This document shows, piece by piece, positions 36,852 through 46,948 of a stretch of DNA of 64,000 nt. Each line of letters starts with the position of its first letter. Position 1 is the stretch's first letter. The notes under the pieces were generated by a model that saw only the letters and a program-made list of their open reading frames with translations, was not told where the DNA came from and made no database searches. The stretch lies in NCBI GenBank assembly GCA_002731825.1, contig PCCS01000050.1, positions 46,833 through 110,832 of the forward strand. The letters are read 5' to 3'. The position numbers and the translations under genes are program-made. The DNA is from Myxococcales bacterium. GTDB taxonomy: Bacteria > Myxococcota_A > Bradymonadia > UBA7976 > UBA1532.

Positions 36852-39800
36852 TTAAAGCGCGTAGAAAATATTGAGGTGAACGCGCAGGTTCTGATCGCTG
36901 AATTGAGTGCGATTGAGGGGATAGGCTAAATCAAGCCTCAGCGGGATCTGTCCACTCAACAGCCATCTCAACCCGCCACCAACACTCGATCGGATCCGAT
37001 CCTTAGACATCTCAGACCATGACGGAGCCACAGCCCCAATGTCTGTGAATGCGGCAAACCACATATCGTCGATGACAAAAGTGGGAAAACGAAGCTCCAG
37101 ACCGCCCAAGAACATTGAGCGTCCGCCGATGGTTGACGCAACCGCAAATGAATCCTCCGCTGACAGCCCCGGTGGAAAAACGTCTTCGCAATAATTGCCA
37201 CGACCGTTGTTCTCCGAGCCATTACACGCATCCACCGCAGCGTCTTCATACCCCCTGATTGGCAGAGCAACACCATCGCCACCCGCCTTAAAGAAGAAAT
37301 CGGATTGTAATTCACTCTCTTTCAAGTCGGTCCAGACCGCCCCGACTCTTAGATTGGGAACAATGATGAATTGCCGTTTGAAGAACGACTTGATGTATTG
37401 ACCTGTCAGGGTGGCTTTGATGGGCAGCTCGTTTATGTTCATCAACTCGGGAAATACAAATTCTGCTTGTGCTGAGATCAACCAACCAAGAGTTGGGTGC
37501 AATGGGCTATCTCGTCGATCCCAAGAGAGTGAAGGTGATACGGTTACTTGTTTGGTCGGCTCCTCGAATAGGGGTCGTTCGCCTGCCCGAGTCAGGGGTC
37601 TGAGCCGTTCTTGTACAAACTCGGTTTTCAACGTCGCTCTCAGGCCACGACCCCATCTTGCAGGATAGGATAGGTTGTAGAAGTCAAAACCGATTGTCGC
37701 CTTTGCGTTGAGTTCTTCTTGGTAGGCGTCACGCTGGCTTGTTCGACCTCGTTCGAACAAGGTCTCAATGGCCAAGTCAAGCCGAGTTCCGAACAGTCGT
37801 CTATTCTTAAAAAATGGACCCGTTCGCCACACAGAATCGTCGTTTTGTATATCTGTGACCGCATCGACGCGATTGCTGTGGGAAAAACCAAGACCCACTT
37901 CGAGCGCTCGTCCTAAAAAGTTTCGATGTCGGATGGTGGTGCCAACTGCGTATAGAACTGGCAATTCTTCTTCCAGGGGGGTCGAATCAATTTGTAGACC
38001 CAAATAGGCTTCGAGTAATTTTGATTTTGACTCTTCGACCGTCACCACGACGGTCGCATCACGATCTTTAATGAGCCCTTCGTCAGTGGCCACCCAATCT
38101 TCCGATTGTCGACCAATATATTCGATGTTTACGGCTGAGAAAACGCCCAGCGAACGGAGGTTTGCTTGACTTAGGAATAGGCCATCACTGCCGAGAGGCT
38201 GACCTGGCTTGAGAAGTAATTCATCTCTCAGGATAGAGTCCTTAGTCGAGAGGTTACCCCTCAATAAAATCCCTGATACGAGGGTTTGAGGACCCGGGTC
38301 AATTTCGAAGAATACCCGGTTTAAACGCAGGCCATAAAGTCTGTCCTCTGAGCATGAGTCGCCTTTTAGAATCAGTCCGGATGAAAGCTCGCACGCCGAG
38401 TCAACTCGAGCGGAGAGATATCCATTTTGATGGTAGTATCGCAGGATAAACCCTCGAAGGGCTTTAAGTCTGGCTTGGGTAAAGCCCAGTTTTCGAGTCC
38501 AGCGCCCAAACTCATCCATGACCCCTTGTTCTTGGAGTAGCGCTCTGGCTTCAGTCTGCATTTGAGCATCCATTTGGCCGACAATTTTTGAGAGTTCTAT
38601 TTTATCGATCACGGTTCTTAAGCCTTCATCAACATCGATTTGGATGTTGACGAAGCGGGGATCGTCATCGGAGATGATTTGGAAGCAATGGTGGGTCAAT
38701 GGGTTGTCACTCCAAACATCAAATTGACCACTGAACATGGACTCGTCGATGGCTGGACCGGTGTCCGCTTGTTCCTGTTCTCGTAATTGCCTGAGAACGC
38801 TCCACTCCTGTGCGCCCAATTTCGGATTCGCGCACCTAAACTTAAGTCCGGGCATTCCATTGCGTTTATATAAGTCGCGGATACGATTGAGATCATTGAT
38901 GAGTTTTTCATCCTGAACGATGCCAGCCGACTTCGTGAGTGCATTGACGACGCCGTCAGGTGCGATCCCTTTTGTTTCCATTTCACCTAAGATATCTCGT
39001 TCGTCCAGGGCCCGATTGCCACGAATTCTGATGCGTCTGGCATAGACTGAAGGGCCTTCATCAATTTTAAATGTGATGCTGAAACGACCCTCTCCGAGCG
39101 CTTTCCGGACGCTTGTGATCGAGACAAAATAACGTGCAGCGGCTTGGTACAAGCCCCTCATTTTCCGAATACTTTCTAAAACCTCTGTTTCATCAAAGGT
39201 TCCCGATTCGCTAAAGGTTAAAACTTGCCGAAGTTCACCGTCGGACAGAGTTTCGTTACCGTCAAAACGAGTGATTAGATGTTTGCCCTCAACGATGCGG
39301 ACCTTTGGATATACGCGACCATTTCTCTCGGCTAAATCAGGCTCTAAACGGACCCTCGCTGAGACCCAGCCAGCCCGTCGATACAGGTCTTCAACAGTTG
39401 TGAGTTCTTCTTTTAGTGTCCGTCTAGCATATCGTCCGACGCCGAAAAGACCGAAGAACCCTCGCCAAAAATCTGTGCGTTCGCCGGTCGAAACTTGGGT
39501 GATGATTTTCCAGTACGGCATTCCTTCGGCACCTTTGATCAAAATCTGACCAATCTTTGGTTGTTCACCCTCCTTGATACGAACGGCGACCTTTACTTTC
39601 TTCCCATTGGGTCCGAAGTAAGAGGGGGTGATTTTGACTTCAGTCCCCAAGTATCCCTGCCGCCTATAGAGGTCTAGCACACGGGTCTCATATTGCTCGA
39701 TCAAATCTCGATCTCGTTTTGCAAATGTTCCGTCTGATTTGATGGGTGGAAAGCTGCCACCACGTCGCAAAGGCAGCCTTTTCCGAATCTCTGCAACAAA

Positions 39801-40223
39801 TTGCTTGGGATAGAACCAGCTCGCCCAGCTCGCATAGACGACATCTAAGTCTTGGATAATGACATGCCCGACACAATTAAAAACCATGCGCGTGTGACGG
39901 CCACCCTTAACGGGCTTCCATCGGACCGTGATGCGTCTAAAGTAGCCGGTTCTCATCAAGCGGCTCCATGATTCAGCCACGCCTTTGCTCGTGATTTTAT
40001 CGCCTTGTTTCAAATTGATTAAACCGATGAGCTTTTGTCGATTTTGATCGGCATCACAAATTGGGATGTCGCATTGCACATCAACATTCGTGGCGAGTGT
40101 CCAATTTTCCCACCGTGCTGTTTGTGACTGCACATCACCTATGGTCAGCGCATCGTCTGGACCGGCACCCAGGGTGGGTGCTGCGTGAGCCAACACTAGG
40201 CTTATGGTCAACCAGTATCTCAA
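36852..40223 (-). CDS. Omp85-family outer-membrane protein (BamA/TamA-like) with extended POTRA region
   Basis: 1123 aa. Signal peptide MRYWLTISLVLAHAAPTLGA. Long N-terminal region with POTRA-like periodicity. C-terminal barrel carries the Omp85 hallmarks ..GVALPIRGYED.., GGRSMFLGGLELRFP, FTDIGAV. 4-nt overlap with tamB. Confidence 0.8.
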   Translation of the reverse strand: MRYWLTISLVLAHAAPTLGAGPDDALTIGDVQSQTARWENWTLATNVDVQCDIPICDADQNRQKLIGLINLKQGDKITSKGVAESWSRLMRTGYFRRITVRWKPVKGGRHTRMVFNCVGHVIIQDLDVVYASWASWFYPKQFVAEIRKRLPLRRGGSFPPIKSDGTFAKRDRDLIEQYETRVLDLYRRQGYLGTEVKITPSYFGPNGKKVKVAVRIKEGEQPKIGQILIKGAEGMPYWKIITQVSTGERTDFWRGFFGLFGVGRYARRTLKEELTTVEDLYRRAGWVSARVRLEPDLAERNGRVYPKVRIVEGKHLITRFDGNETLSDGELRQVLTFSESGTFDETEVLESIRKMRGLYQAAARYFVSITSVRKALGEGRFSITFKIDEGPSVYARRIRIRGNRALDERDILGEMETKGIAPDGVVNALTKSAGIVQDEKLINDLNRIRDLYKRNGMPGLKFRCANPKLGAQEWSVLRQLREQEQADTGPAIDESMFSGQFDVWSDNPLTHHCFQIISDDDPRFVNIQIDVDEGLRTVIDKIELSKIVGQMDAQMQTEARALLQEQGVMDEFGRWTRKLGFTQARLKALRGFILRYYHQNGYLSARVDSACELSSGLILKGDSCSEDRLYGLRLNRVFFEIDPGPQTLVSGILLRGNLSTKDSILRDELLLKPGQPLGSDGLFLSQANLRSLGVFSAVNIEYIGRQSEDWVATDEGLIKDRDATVVVTVEESKSKLLEAYLGLQIDSTPLEEELPVLYAVGTTIRHRNFLGRALEVGLGFSHSNRVDAVTDIQNDDSVWRTGPFFKNRRLFGTRLDLAIETLFERGRTSQRDAYQEELNAKATIGFDFYNLSYPARWGRGLRATLKTEFVQERLRPLTRAGERPLFEEPTKQVTVSPSLSWDRRDSPLHPTLGWLISAQAEFVFPELMNINELPIKATLTGQYIKSFFKRQFIIVPNLRVGAVWTDLKESELQSDFFFKAGGDGVALPIRGYEDAAVDACNGSENNGRGNYCEDVFPPGLSAEDSFAVASTIGGRSMFLGGLELRFPTFVIDDMWFAAFTDIGAVAPSWSEMSKDRIRSSVGGGLRWLLSGQIPLRLDLAYPLNRTQFSDQNLRVHLNIFYAL

Positions 40224-43200
40224 TTCAGATTGACCCTTAATTTGAGTCGACCAGTCGTCGAGATATTACTGCCCAGTCTTTCATTAGATAGTTCGCCGAA
40301 GGCCACATTATTGATTTGATATCTCAATCCAAACTGCTGTGGATTGCCATCCTGTTCTTCACCAACGAGCACTCGGGAGTACAGATATAGGCGCCGTGAA
40401 AGAACTTTGTTTGCATCGATATACAGGGTTCCAGTGGACAGTGGTGTGAGGGTTAAATCGACTTTAAACGTATCTTCCAAAGGTCGCTCGACTAGACTGA
40501 GTAGCGGAGCGAGAACCACTTCGGTTGCTGGCTGAGCACCGGCCGCGCCGCTGAGATTCTCAGGATAACTGCCCGTCAGCACCAGCATGACCACTTCGAA
40601 CTTACTCGCGCCGCTATTGCTCGATAGGTCAAAGGCAAAGCTGGGTGGAGATTCGCGGGTAGGAAAGGCCAGCCGAGCAGACAAAACCACTTCTTCTAAT
40701 CGGATATCCTCTGACCCTGAGTCAAAGCTTGTCGACGCGGTTGAGACACTCTGACCGGTTCTCAGAGTAAACGTTCGATTGGCTTCAATTTGAGCATCAA
40801 GGAAATTACGGCCGCCAAAATTGACGACCCCATTTGATACATCGAATTCTCGCCTCGCATAGGTGATGGTTGAATCCGGTAAAACGGTCACTGTGCCCGA
40901 GATGGCCAGTCGTTCATCGGCTGTATCGTGAGGCATGTTGTACAAAAAACCCTTAATTCCTTCTAAATCCAGACCGATTTCGAGATTGTTCGTGAGGGTC
41001 AAAACTCGATTTCTTATGTAAAATCCACCTTCACCTACGACACTCAGGTCAAGCATCAGTCTTTTTAGGGACGGGATCCGTTCAAAGACGCTGATGGTTC
41101 GAGTTTGAGTACGCCCACTGAGCCGATTCCGGAATCCTTGATTGAGTTCTGCTACGCCCGTTAAATCAGCCAAATATTCGCCCTGAATTACCTCGATTAT
41201 TCCGAAGATCTTCATTCGCCGTTCGTCTCGTCTGTCATCGAAGTTTTTGATCCAAGATTCGTAGACCAGGTTGGGCGTATCAAATGTTCCCCTGACCACC
41301 CGAGGTACATTCAGTCCGATTTCACTTCCAGACAGGCCGACGCGTATGCGGTCCAGCGTATAGCCCTTCGTTGTCACCAGTACATCATTTACTCGAATGA
41401 CAGAGTCGTCTCGCATCAGGCGCATCTCACCCTTAGATTCTGCTGCTTTCGACCCTCTGACTAGGCTTACGGTAAAGGCTCCCGCATCTTTTTTTGCCTG
41501 GTCGAGGGTTGTGTTTTTCTGTTTACCTTCGACGGTAAATACTGCTGGATGCAGCAGGTCGAGTTGCGAGCCGATGATGGCTGCTCTCGGTACAAATTCA
41601 CCTTTGGTCAGACCCAACTTTAGATCTGGGTTTGGCGCTTGAACGAACCCACCAAAGGTGCCATCCACGGTCAGTTCACCGCTCGCCTCACTGAATACGC
41701 TCTTCAAGAATGGCATAGCCAGCCCCAGGTTGATTTTACCCCGGGTACTCATGTCCAATCGTCCGTCGGCATGAATATCGCCATCTAGCCGAAGCGATGA
41801 TTCATACTGTTGGTTTTTTTGGCCAAACTCTTCGAGATTAAATGCTCGCAGACGCAGTGCAAGTTGCTTGGTCTTGAGCCTTTTGCCATCCCATTTGAAT
41901 TCGACAGGGTTGCTCAAATCGGCGGCATAGCTGACCTCGTCTTCAAAAGAATATTTTGTCTGAAGTTGTTCGAGCTTGGCAGTTGCGCCAATAAGTGCTG
42001 GTTTGAACGGATCAAAAGTGAATTCGATGCGACCGGTCATCTTTGATTTCAAGGCGATGTCTGCAAGCTGGGGAAGGTGGTCTTCGATGCTAAACCCATC
42101 AAATTCGATGAGACCGCTGCCCGGATTTAAATGTCTGACCAATGGCGTAGATACACTGATGCGAAGGTCATCAAAGAGTTGACCCGTCAATTGCATCCGT
42201 TTCTTGTCAGCCCGAATCTCAAATTCGGACCGTCCCAGTTTGTATTCTCCGTATGCACCATCGATAATACTCACTTGCCCTTCGCCCGCAGGCGCCTTCA
42301 AATTACCTGAAAGCGCGATGTCGGCTGTCAAGCGGCCGGCGATAGGTACGGAGTCTTTGACGAAATGGTTGACCCAATCTAAAGGCACTCCATTGATTTT
42401 CAACTGACCAGAAAAATTTAACCGTTTGATATGTCCGCTTCCCTTTATGTCGAGGAGCGTTTTTCGACGGTCGTCGATTTTCAAGGTGTCGATTTTCACT
42501 TTTTGACCGGACCAATCGCCTATGACCTCTACGCGTCGAAAGCAGAGAGGCTTGTCCCCATATGGTGTTTTCCAGCATGGGCGCGCGATTCGACCTCGCC
42601 CGGTGATACGCGGTTGTTTGAGGGGGCCGCGGAGTCGTACGTCGACGGCGGAGCGGCCTGAGAATCCGTCGATGAAGGGCAGAGATGCCAATTCAAATTG
42701 TCGAGCATTTAGACGAAAGTCCATGGGCTTTCCCGGCTTCAATAAGGATAGACGACCTTTAAAGCCAATGGATCCATTGTCGGATTTTAACGCCACTTGG
42801 TCGAAATCTAATAAGCCACCTTGGTAGGCCACCTTCCCCTTGATCGCTGACTTTGGGAGGTCGCTATAACTGACATTCTTTGCATTGATATTCGCGTGAA
42901 ACCTCGGGTTTAAGGCAAAACCCTTAATCCCAAAGTCGACACGGCCCCGCCCCTTTGTCGGATAGCCAAAAGACGCCGTTACTGGACGGAGCTGGCCGAT
43001 GACGCCTTGGCCCCGAACATTGATCAAAAAGGTATCTAGATCAAATTGCCCTCTCAGATTGAGTCTATGGGTTTTGTCCGAAAGGGTGAAAGATTGGATG
43101 TCGAATGTGTTGTCTTGCAACTCCAGATATCCATCGATATCTACGTCTCGGCCCAGACCAAATGGGCGGTTTCGGGCTGCCTGTGTCTCCAAATTCGTCT

Positions 43201-44533
43201 TGAATGCGAAAAAGGGAACATCACGATTGAGATTTTTTGCGACCGCAAATATGTGACCCGTTAATTGACCGCCTAGACTTGAACTGACGGGTGTTGGAAT
43301 CGCCACGGGGAGCCGCTTCAATGGAACGTCATCCACGAACAAACTCAGGTTCGCATAGCCGTCTTCAAAACGCCACAGACCATGGCCAACGATTCGGCCT
43401 TCCTCGAGCTCTGCCTCGAGTCGATTTATGCTTAATGCGCCGTCTTGCTCTTGTTGTATATCCGCCTGTAGGGTCTGAATTTTCATACCCTGATAGTCCA
43501 GGTCACTGCCGATGATTTGCGCGATTCCATTCAAGTCATCAGCCTCCCCTGAGACCGTGGCATCAAGAGTCGCTGGTCCCGAGACCGGAGATTTAACAAA
43601 TGTATTTATGTGTTTTTCGATTTTGTCCGTATCGAGTCTGAGTCGAGTGCTGAGATAGGGCACACCCGGCCGATCTAGTTCCATTTTAAAGGCCTCAAGG
43701 AAGAATGGGTCTCCCCTCAGCAAGCCCCTTAATTTGGTGAAATTAAAGTCCTCATCATTCCAGTTGAAATCGTCGATTTTTATGTGTCGAAGCGACCAAG
43801 ACCAGACATCTTCAGCATCCGCATTGAGCGCTTTTTTCAGGGCTGTATCTTTTGCGACTCGAACCTCAATACTGCCAAATTTTAGGTCATCAATTTCGAT
43901 GGCCATCAAACTATCTGTCGGGGTGGAATAGCTCCGAAATCGGGCTGCCGGGATTTGAATGCCATGGGCAACGATCGACGTACTTGGGTGGTCCAGAATG
44001 AAGACAGCGTTCCGAATTTTGATTCGGGTCAGATCGAGGTCGAGTGGTTTTGAATCACCGGTATCGATTTGTGTACCAATGGACCAAAACATTTCGGCGA
44101 TGTTCATCACCCGGTCATCCGCTGGGTCTGGACCGGGTTCTGATCGGACCAGACTGACCAACCGTGTAATCGGTGCGTCGATGTGGATACCGCGGGCAGA
44201 TAAGCGGTTTTCGAATAGGCCAAGAATATCCAAATCCCGAATTGTCAGGCTTTTGGCTTCGATAACCGTACGTCCCGTCGAATCAACCAGCACGGGCTCT
44301 AAGAGTTTCAAGTCCGATGGCCAGGGTCCCCAAGCCAATCGTGTCCATGCAACCTGACCCCTGATATTGGAATTGACCAGCACATCGAACGCTTGATTTG
44401 TAAACCGTGAGTTGAGAGCGAAATAGCCGAGAAAATACAATAAACAGACCAATGCTCCTGTGAGAATCACAAAAGCGCTCACCCGCTGATACATATTTGC
44501 GCTCTTGCGAACGAGTGTCTGAACGGTATCCAT
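40220..44533 (-). CDS. tamB: Translocation and assembly module protein TamB-like (AsmA-family, DUF490 C-terminus)
   Basis: 1437 aa. N-terminal anchor VSAFVILTGALVCLLYFLGYFAL. Long beta-rich repetitive body. C-terminal ..LYLYSRVLVGEE....FGLRYQINNVAFGEL... is typical of TamB. Confidence 0.8.
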   Translation of the reverse strand: MDTVQTLVRKSANMYQRVSAFVILTGALVCLLYFLGYFALNSRFTNQAFDVLVNSNIRGQVAWTRLAWGPWPSDLKLLEPVLVDSTGRTVIEAKSLTIRDLDILGLFENRLSARGIHIDAPITRLVSLVRSEPGPDPADDRVMNIAEMFWSIGTQIDTGDSKPLDLDLTRIKIRNAVFILDHPSTSIVAHGIQIPAARFRSYSTPTDSLMAIEIDDLKFGSIEVRVAKDTALKKALNADAEDVWSWSLRHIKIDDFNWNDEDFNFTKLRGLLRGDPFFLEAFKMELDRPGVPYLSTRLRLDTDKIEKHINTFVKSPVSGPATLDATVSGEADDLNGIAQIIGSDLDYQGMKIQTLQADIQQEQDGALSINRLEAELEEGRIVGHGLWRFEDGYANLSLFVDDVPLKRLPVAIPTPVSSSLGGQLTGHIFAVAKNLNRDVPFFAFKTNLETQAARNRPFGLGRDVDIDGYLELQDNTFDIQSFTLSDKTHRLNLRGQFDLDTFLINVRGQGVIGQLRPVTASFGYPTKGRGRVDFGIKGFALNPRFHANINAKNVSYSDLPKSAIKGKVAYQGGLLDFDQVALKSDNGSIGFKGRLSLLKPGKPMDFRLNARQFELASLPFIDGFSGRSAVDVRLRGPLKQPRITGRGRIARPCWKTPYGDKPLCFRRVEVIGDWSGQKVKIDTLKIDDRRKTLLDIKGSGHIKRLNFSGQLKINGVPLDWVNHFVKDSVPIAGRLTADIALSGNLKAPAGEGQVSIIDGAYGEYKLGRSEFEIRADKKRMQLTGQLFDDLRISVSTPLVRHLNPGSGLIEFDGFSIEDHLPQLADIALKSKMTGRIEFTFDPFKPALIGATAKLEQLQTKYSFEDEVSYAADLSNPVEFKWDGKRLKTKQLALRLRAFNLEEFGQKNQQYESSLRLDGDIHADGRLDMSTRGKINLGLAMPFLKSVFSEASGELTVDGTFGGFVQAPNPDLKLGLTKGEFVPRAAIIGSQLDLLHPAVFTVEGKQKNTTLDQAKKDAGAFTVSLVRGSKAAESKGEMRLMRDDSVIRVNDVLVTTKGYTLDRIRVGLSGSEIGLNVPRVVRGTFDTPNLVYESWIKNFDDRRDERRMKIFGIIEVIQGEYLADLTGVAELNQGFRNRLSGRTQTRTISVFERIPSLKRLMLDLSVVGEGGFYIRNRVLTLTNNLEIGLDLEGIKGFLYNMPHDTADERLAISGTVTVLPDSTITYARREFDVSNGVVNFGGRNFLDAQIEANRTFTLRTGQSVSTASTSFDSGSEDIRLEEVVLSARLAFPTRESPPSFAFDLSSNSGASKFEVVMLVLTGSYPENLSGAAGAQPATEVVLAPLLSLVERPLEDTFKVDLTLTPLSTGTLYIDANKVLSRRLYLYSRVLVGEEQDGNPQQFGLRYQINNVAFGELSNERLGSNISTTGRLKLRVNLN

Positions 44534-44565
44534 CCGGGCAGCTTAACAGGGAATCCTGGTTTACG

Positions 44566-44592
44566 CGAAAAGGCCTATCACTATGTGATAGG
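44566..44592 (-). terminator. Candidate terminator downstream of dapB
   Basis: Minus strand: CCTATCAC-ATA-GTGATAGG followed by CCTTTTCG. The stem is AT-rich and lies only about 35 nt from the tamB start. Confidence 0.4.
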
Positions 44593-44633
44593 GGGTCTGG
44601 AGAGGAGGGTTGACAGGTTTCTTCCCATCGCGC

Positions 44634-45395
44634 TTAGGCCTCGTCAACCAAGGGCGACACACCAGATCCGGCGACCAAATTTTGCATGCCGTACAGGCCA
44701 GGTGCCTTGTCTTTTATCCAAATGGCAGCTCGAATTGCACCCAATGCGAAAATGTCGCGATCAGCGGCCCGATGTGTCAGCTCTAATCGCTCTGACTGAC
44801 CGAACAGGAATACTGTATGTTCACCCGGTACAGCGCCGCCTCTTAAAGCGGCAGTACCGACCTCGTTTTCGGTTCTAGGTCCGGTGATTCCGTCTCGATT
44901 CCGTCGTGCATCCGGCCAATTTAACCCGCGACTTTCAGCCGCTGTTTTAGCGAGTAATAGGGCTGTTCCACTTGGCGCATCAGCTTTCATTCGGTGATGT
45001 ATTTCGAAGACCTCAGCATCGAATTCTCGGCCAAGACCTCGCACAGCCGTCTCAACGAGCTGATTCAAGACGGCGACACCTATACTGAAATTAGCAGCAG
45101 AGAAAACCGGATACCGTTTTGATACGTCATCTATGTCTCTGAGCTGCTCGCTGGACCGCCCGGTCACGCCTGTCACGAGGGGCACTGCACTTTTTTCTAT
45201 CATGTCCAAGAGTCTGTTGGTGGCTTTTGCCACGCTGAAGTCTATGACGACATCACAGGCGCTTAAGTGCCCGGTTGTCGCAGATTCATCGATTGTGCAG
45301 GCAACGGTCACATCACTGCGCTCTGCTGCGCACTTGATGATGCGCTGCCCCATGCGGCCACCGGCACCGAAAACCCCAATTTTGCAAATTGTCAT
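44634..45395 (-). CDS. dapB: 4-hydroxy-tetrahydrodipicolinate reductase
   Basis: N-terminal GVFGAGGRMG dinucleotide fold and the DapB signature EIHHRMKADAPSGTA. Confidence 0.9.
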   Translation of the reverse strand: MTICKIGVFGAGGRMGQRIIKCAAERSDVTVACTIDESATTGHLSACDVVIDFSVAKATNRLLDMIEKSAVPLVTGVTGRSSEQLRDIDDVSKRYPVFSAANFSIGVAVLNQLVETAVRGLGREFDAEVFEIHHRMKADAPSGTALLLAKTAAESRGLNWPDARRNRDGITGPRTENEVGTAALRGGAVPGEHTVFLFGQSERLELTHRAADRDIFALGAIRAAIWIKDKAPGLYGMQNLVAGSGVSPLVDEA

Positions 45396-46282
45396 GTGGA
45401 TTCAGGTCCGATCTCGAGTCGTCGGCAAATCACATCCAAAACGGCTTCCGCCTCAACTGAAAGGGGGGTCATCGGAAGGCGTAATTCCCGCCCACAGCAG
45501 CCTGTGTATTTTGCAACGAGTGTTTTGATGGGGATCGGGTTTGCTTCGATGAAGAGGCCATCGAAGAGCGGGACCAAGGCATGGTGATTGCGTCGGGCTG
45601 CCAGACTCTCTGTCCGCCGAAACTGTCGCCACATTTCAACCATTCGGTCAGGAATGAGATTGCTCGTGACCGAGACGACGCCGACACCGCCAATGGACCA
45701 GAGTGGTAGGGCTGTGATGTCATCGCCGGAGAGAATTGCCAAATCATCGCCGCACGCAGAGATAATTCGTGCAGCAAATGCCATGTCACCCGTGGCCTCT
45801 TTGAGCGCAACAATCGTGTCTATTTTAGCCAGTTCTTTTATTGATTCGACACTTAAGCTAATACCCGTGCGACCCGGCACGTTGTAGAGCATGATGGGCG
45901 CCGTTGGGAGCGCGTCACTGACCGCTTTAAAATGAGTAATCAAACCCAATTGAGTCGGTTTGTTGTAGTAGGGGGTGATGACCAAAAGACCATCGGCTCC
46001 GAGTTCATGAGCGCGTTTTCCCATTCGGATTGTCTTTGCCGTGTCGTTGGAGCCGACTCCAGCGATCACTTTCACCCGACCCTTTGTAAACTCGATGGTC
46101 TTTTCGATCACAGCGGCGGTTTCATCCTCGCTGAGCGTTGCTGATTCGCCCGTTGTACCACAGGGGATAATTCCATCGACGCCCGCGGATATTTGACGGT
46201 CGATGAGCTCTTTGAGTCCGCCGAAATCAACTCCACCATTTCGAAAAGGCGTGATGATGGCCGTGTAGACACCTTGGAACAT
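45392..46282 (-). CDS. dapA: 4-hydroxy-tetrahydrodipicolinate synthase
   Basis: MFQGVYTAIITPF...GIIPCGTTGESATLS...YNVPGRTG. 4-nt overlap with dapB. Confidence 0.9.
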   Translation of the reverse strand: MFQGVYTAIITPFRNGGVDFGGLKELIDRQISAGVDGIIPCGTTGESATLSEDETAAVIEKTIEFTKGRVKVIAGVGSNDTAKTIRMGKRAHELGADGLLVITPYYNKPTQLGLITHFKAVSDALPTAPIMLYNVPGRTGISLSVESIKELAKIDTIVALKEATGDMAFAARIISACGDDLAILSGDDITALPLWSIGGVGVVSVTSNLIPDRMVEMWRQFRRTESLAARRNHHALVPLFDGLFIEANPIPIKTLVAKYTGCCGRELRLPMTPLSVEAEAVLDVICRRLEIGPEST

Positions 46283-46539
46283 ATGGAGACCCCCTCAATC
46301 AGACTAGAAATCACATGCATCTGTGGTGCATTGAACGGCGGATAATGCGTTCTATGCCGTCACATCAAGCAGATCTTTCTATTTTGAGACCGCGGAATAC
46401 CCGAAAACCGGCATCATATGCAATGAACACAACACCAAAAACAAAAAAAGCTATGTCGACTGATGTTTGTAAGCTGTTTGAATTGTTAACTGAACTGGTC
46501 TCTCGGCAGGCGCAGGGGGGGCTGTCTGAAAGCCCATGA

Positions 46540-46568
46540 TTGACAAACATGGATCGAGACTGTAGTTT
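46540..46568 (+). promoter_or_regulatory. Candidate sigma70-type promoter (TTGACA-N17-TAGTTT)
   Basis: Perfect -35 hexamer at 46540-46545, a 17-nt spacer, and TAGTTT at 46563-46568. Lies about 35 nt upstream of the micro-ORF. Confidence 0.35.
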
Positions 46569-46602
46569 CCGCCCGCTCGACTCTTCACTCGACGGAGGTC
46601 CC

Positions 46603-46707
46603 ATGTCGATCTTGATGACATTAAGCCTGACGGCAATCGCTGGTGTAGTCACCACCGCCGCCATGTGCATGCTGGTCCTCGAAATTATGCCAAAGAGCGA
46701 CGCCTAA
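46603..46707 (+). CDS. Candidate 34-aa single-TM micro-protein
   Basis: Below the ORF-track size cutoff. GGAGG at 46594-46598, then ATG 46603. Translation: MSILMTLSLTAIAGVVTTAAMCMLVLEIMPKSDA, stop TAA 46705-46707. Confidence 0.4.
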   Translation: MSILMTLSLTAIAGVVTTAAMCMLVLEIMPKSDA

Positions 46708-46948
46708 AGGCCTCTGCTCTCCCACTGACATTTCTGACTCTGCTCGGTGACCCAAGGGCTGGTCATGGCGTCCACGTATGCAACCGGGCTCGATTTATCT
46801 GGGCTGGACGCCAAACGTGTCTCTGCTGTAAGCTAAAGGGTAACGATTTATCCTGGATAAGCTTTACGCCGCGTCAGCCTGGTGTACCTTTGAAAAAAGC
46901 ACTGTGTTTACCTCGGATTGGGCCAAAATTGAGCAACAAGGAGCCGTT

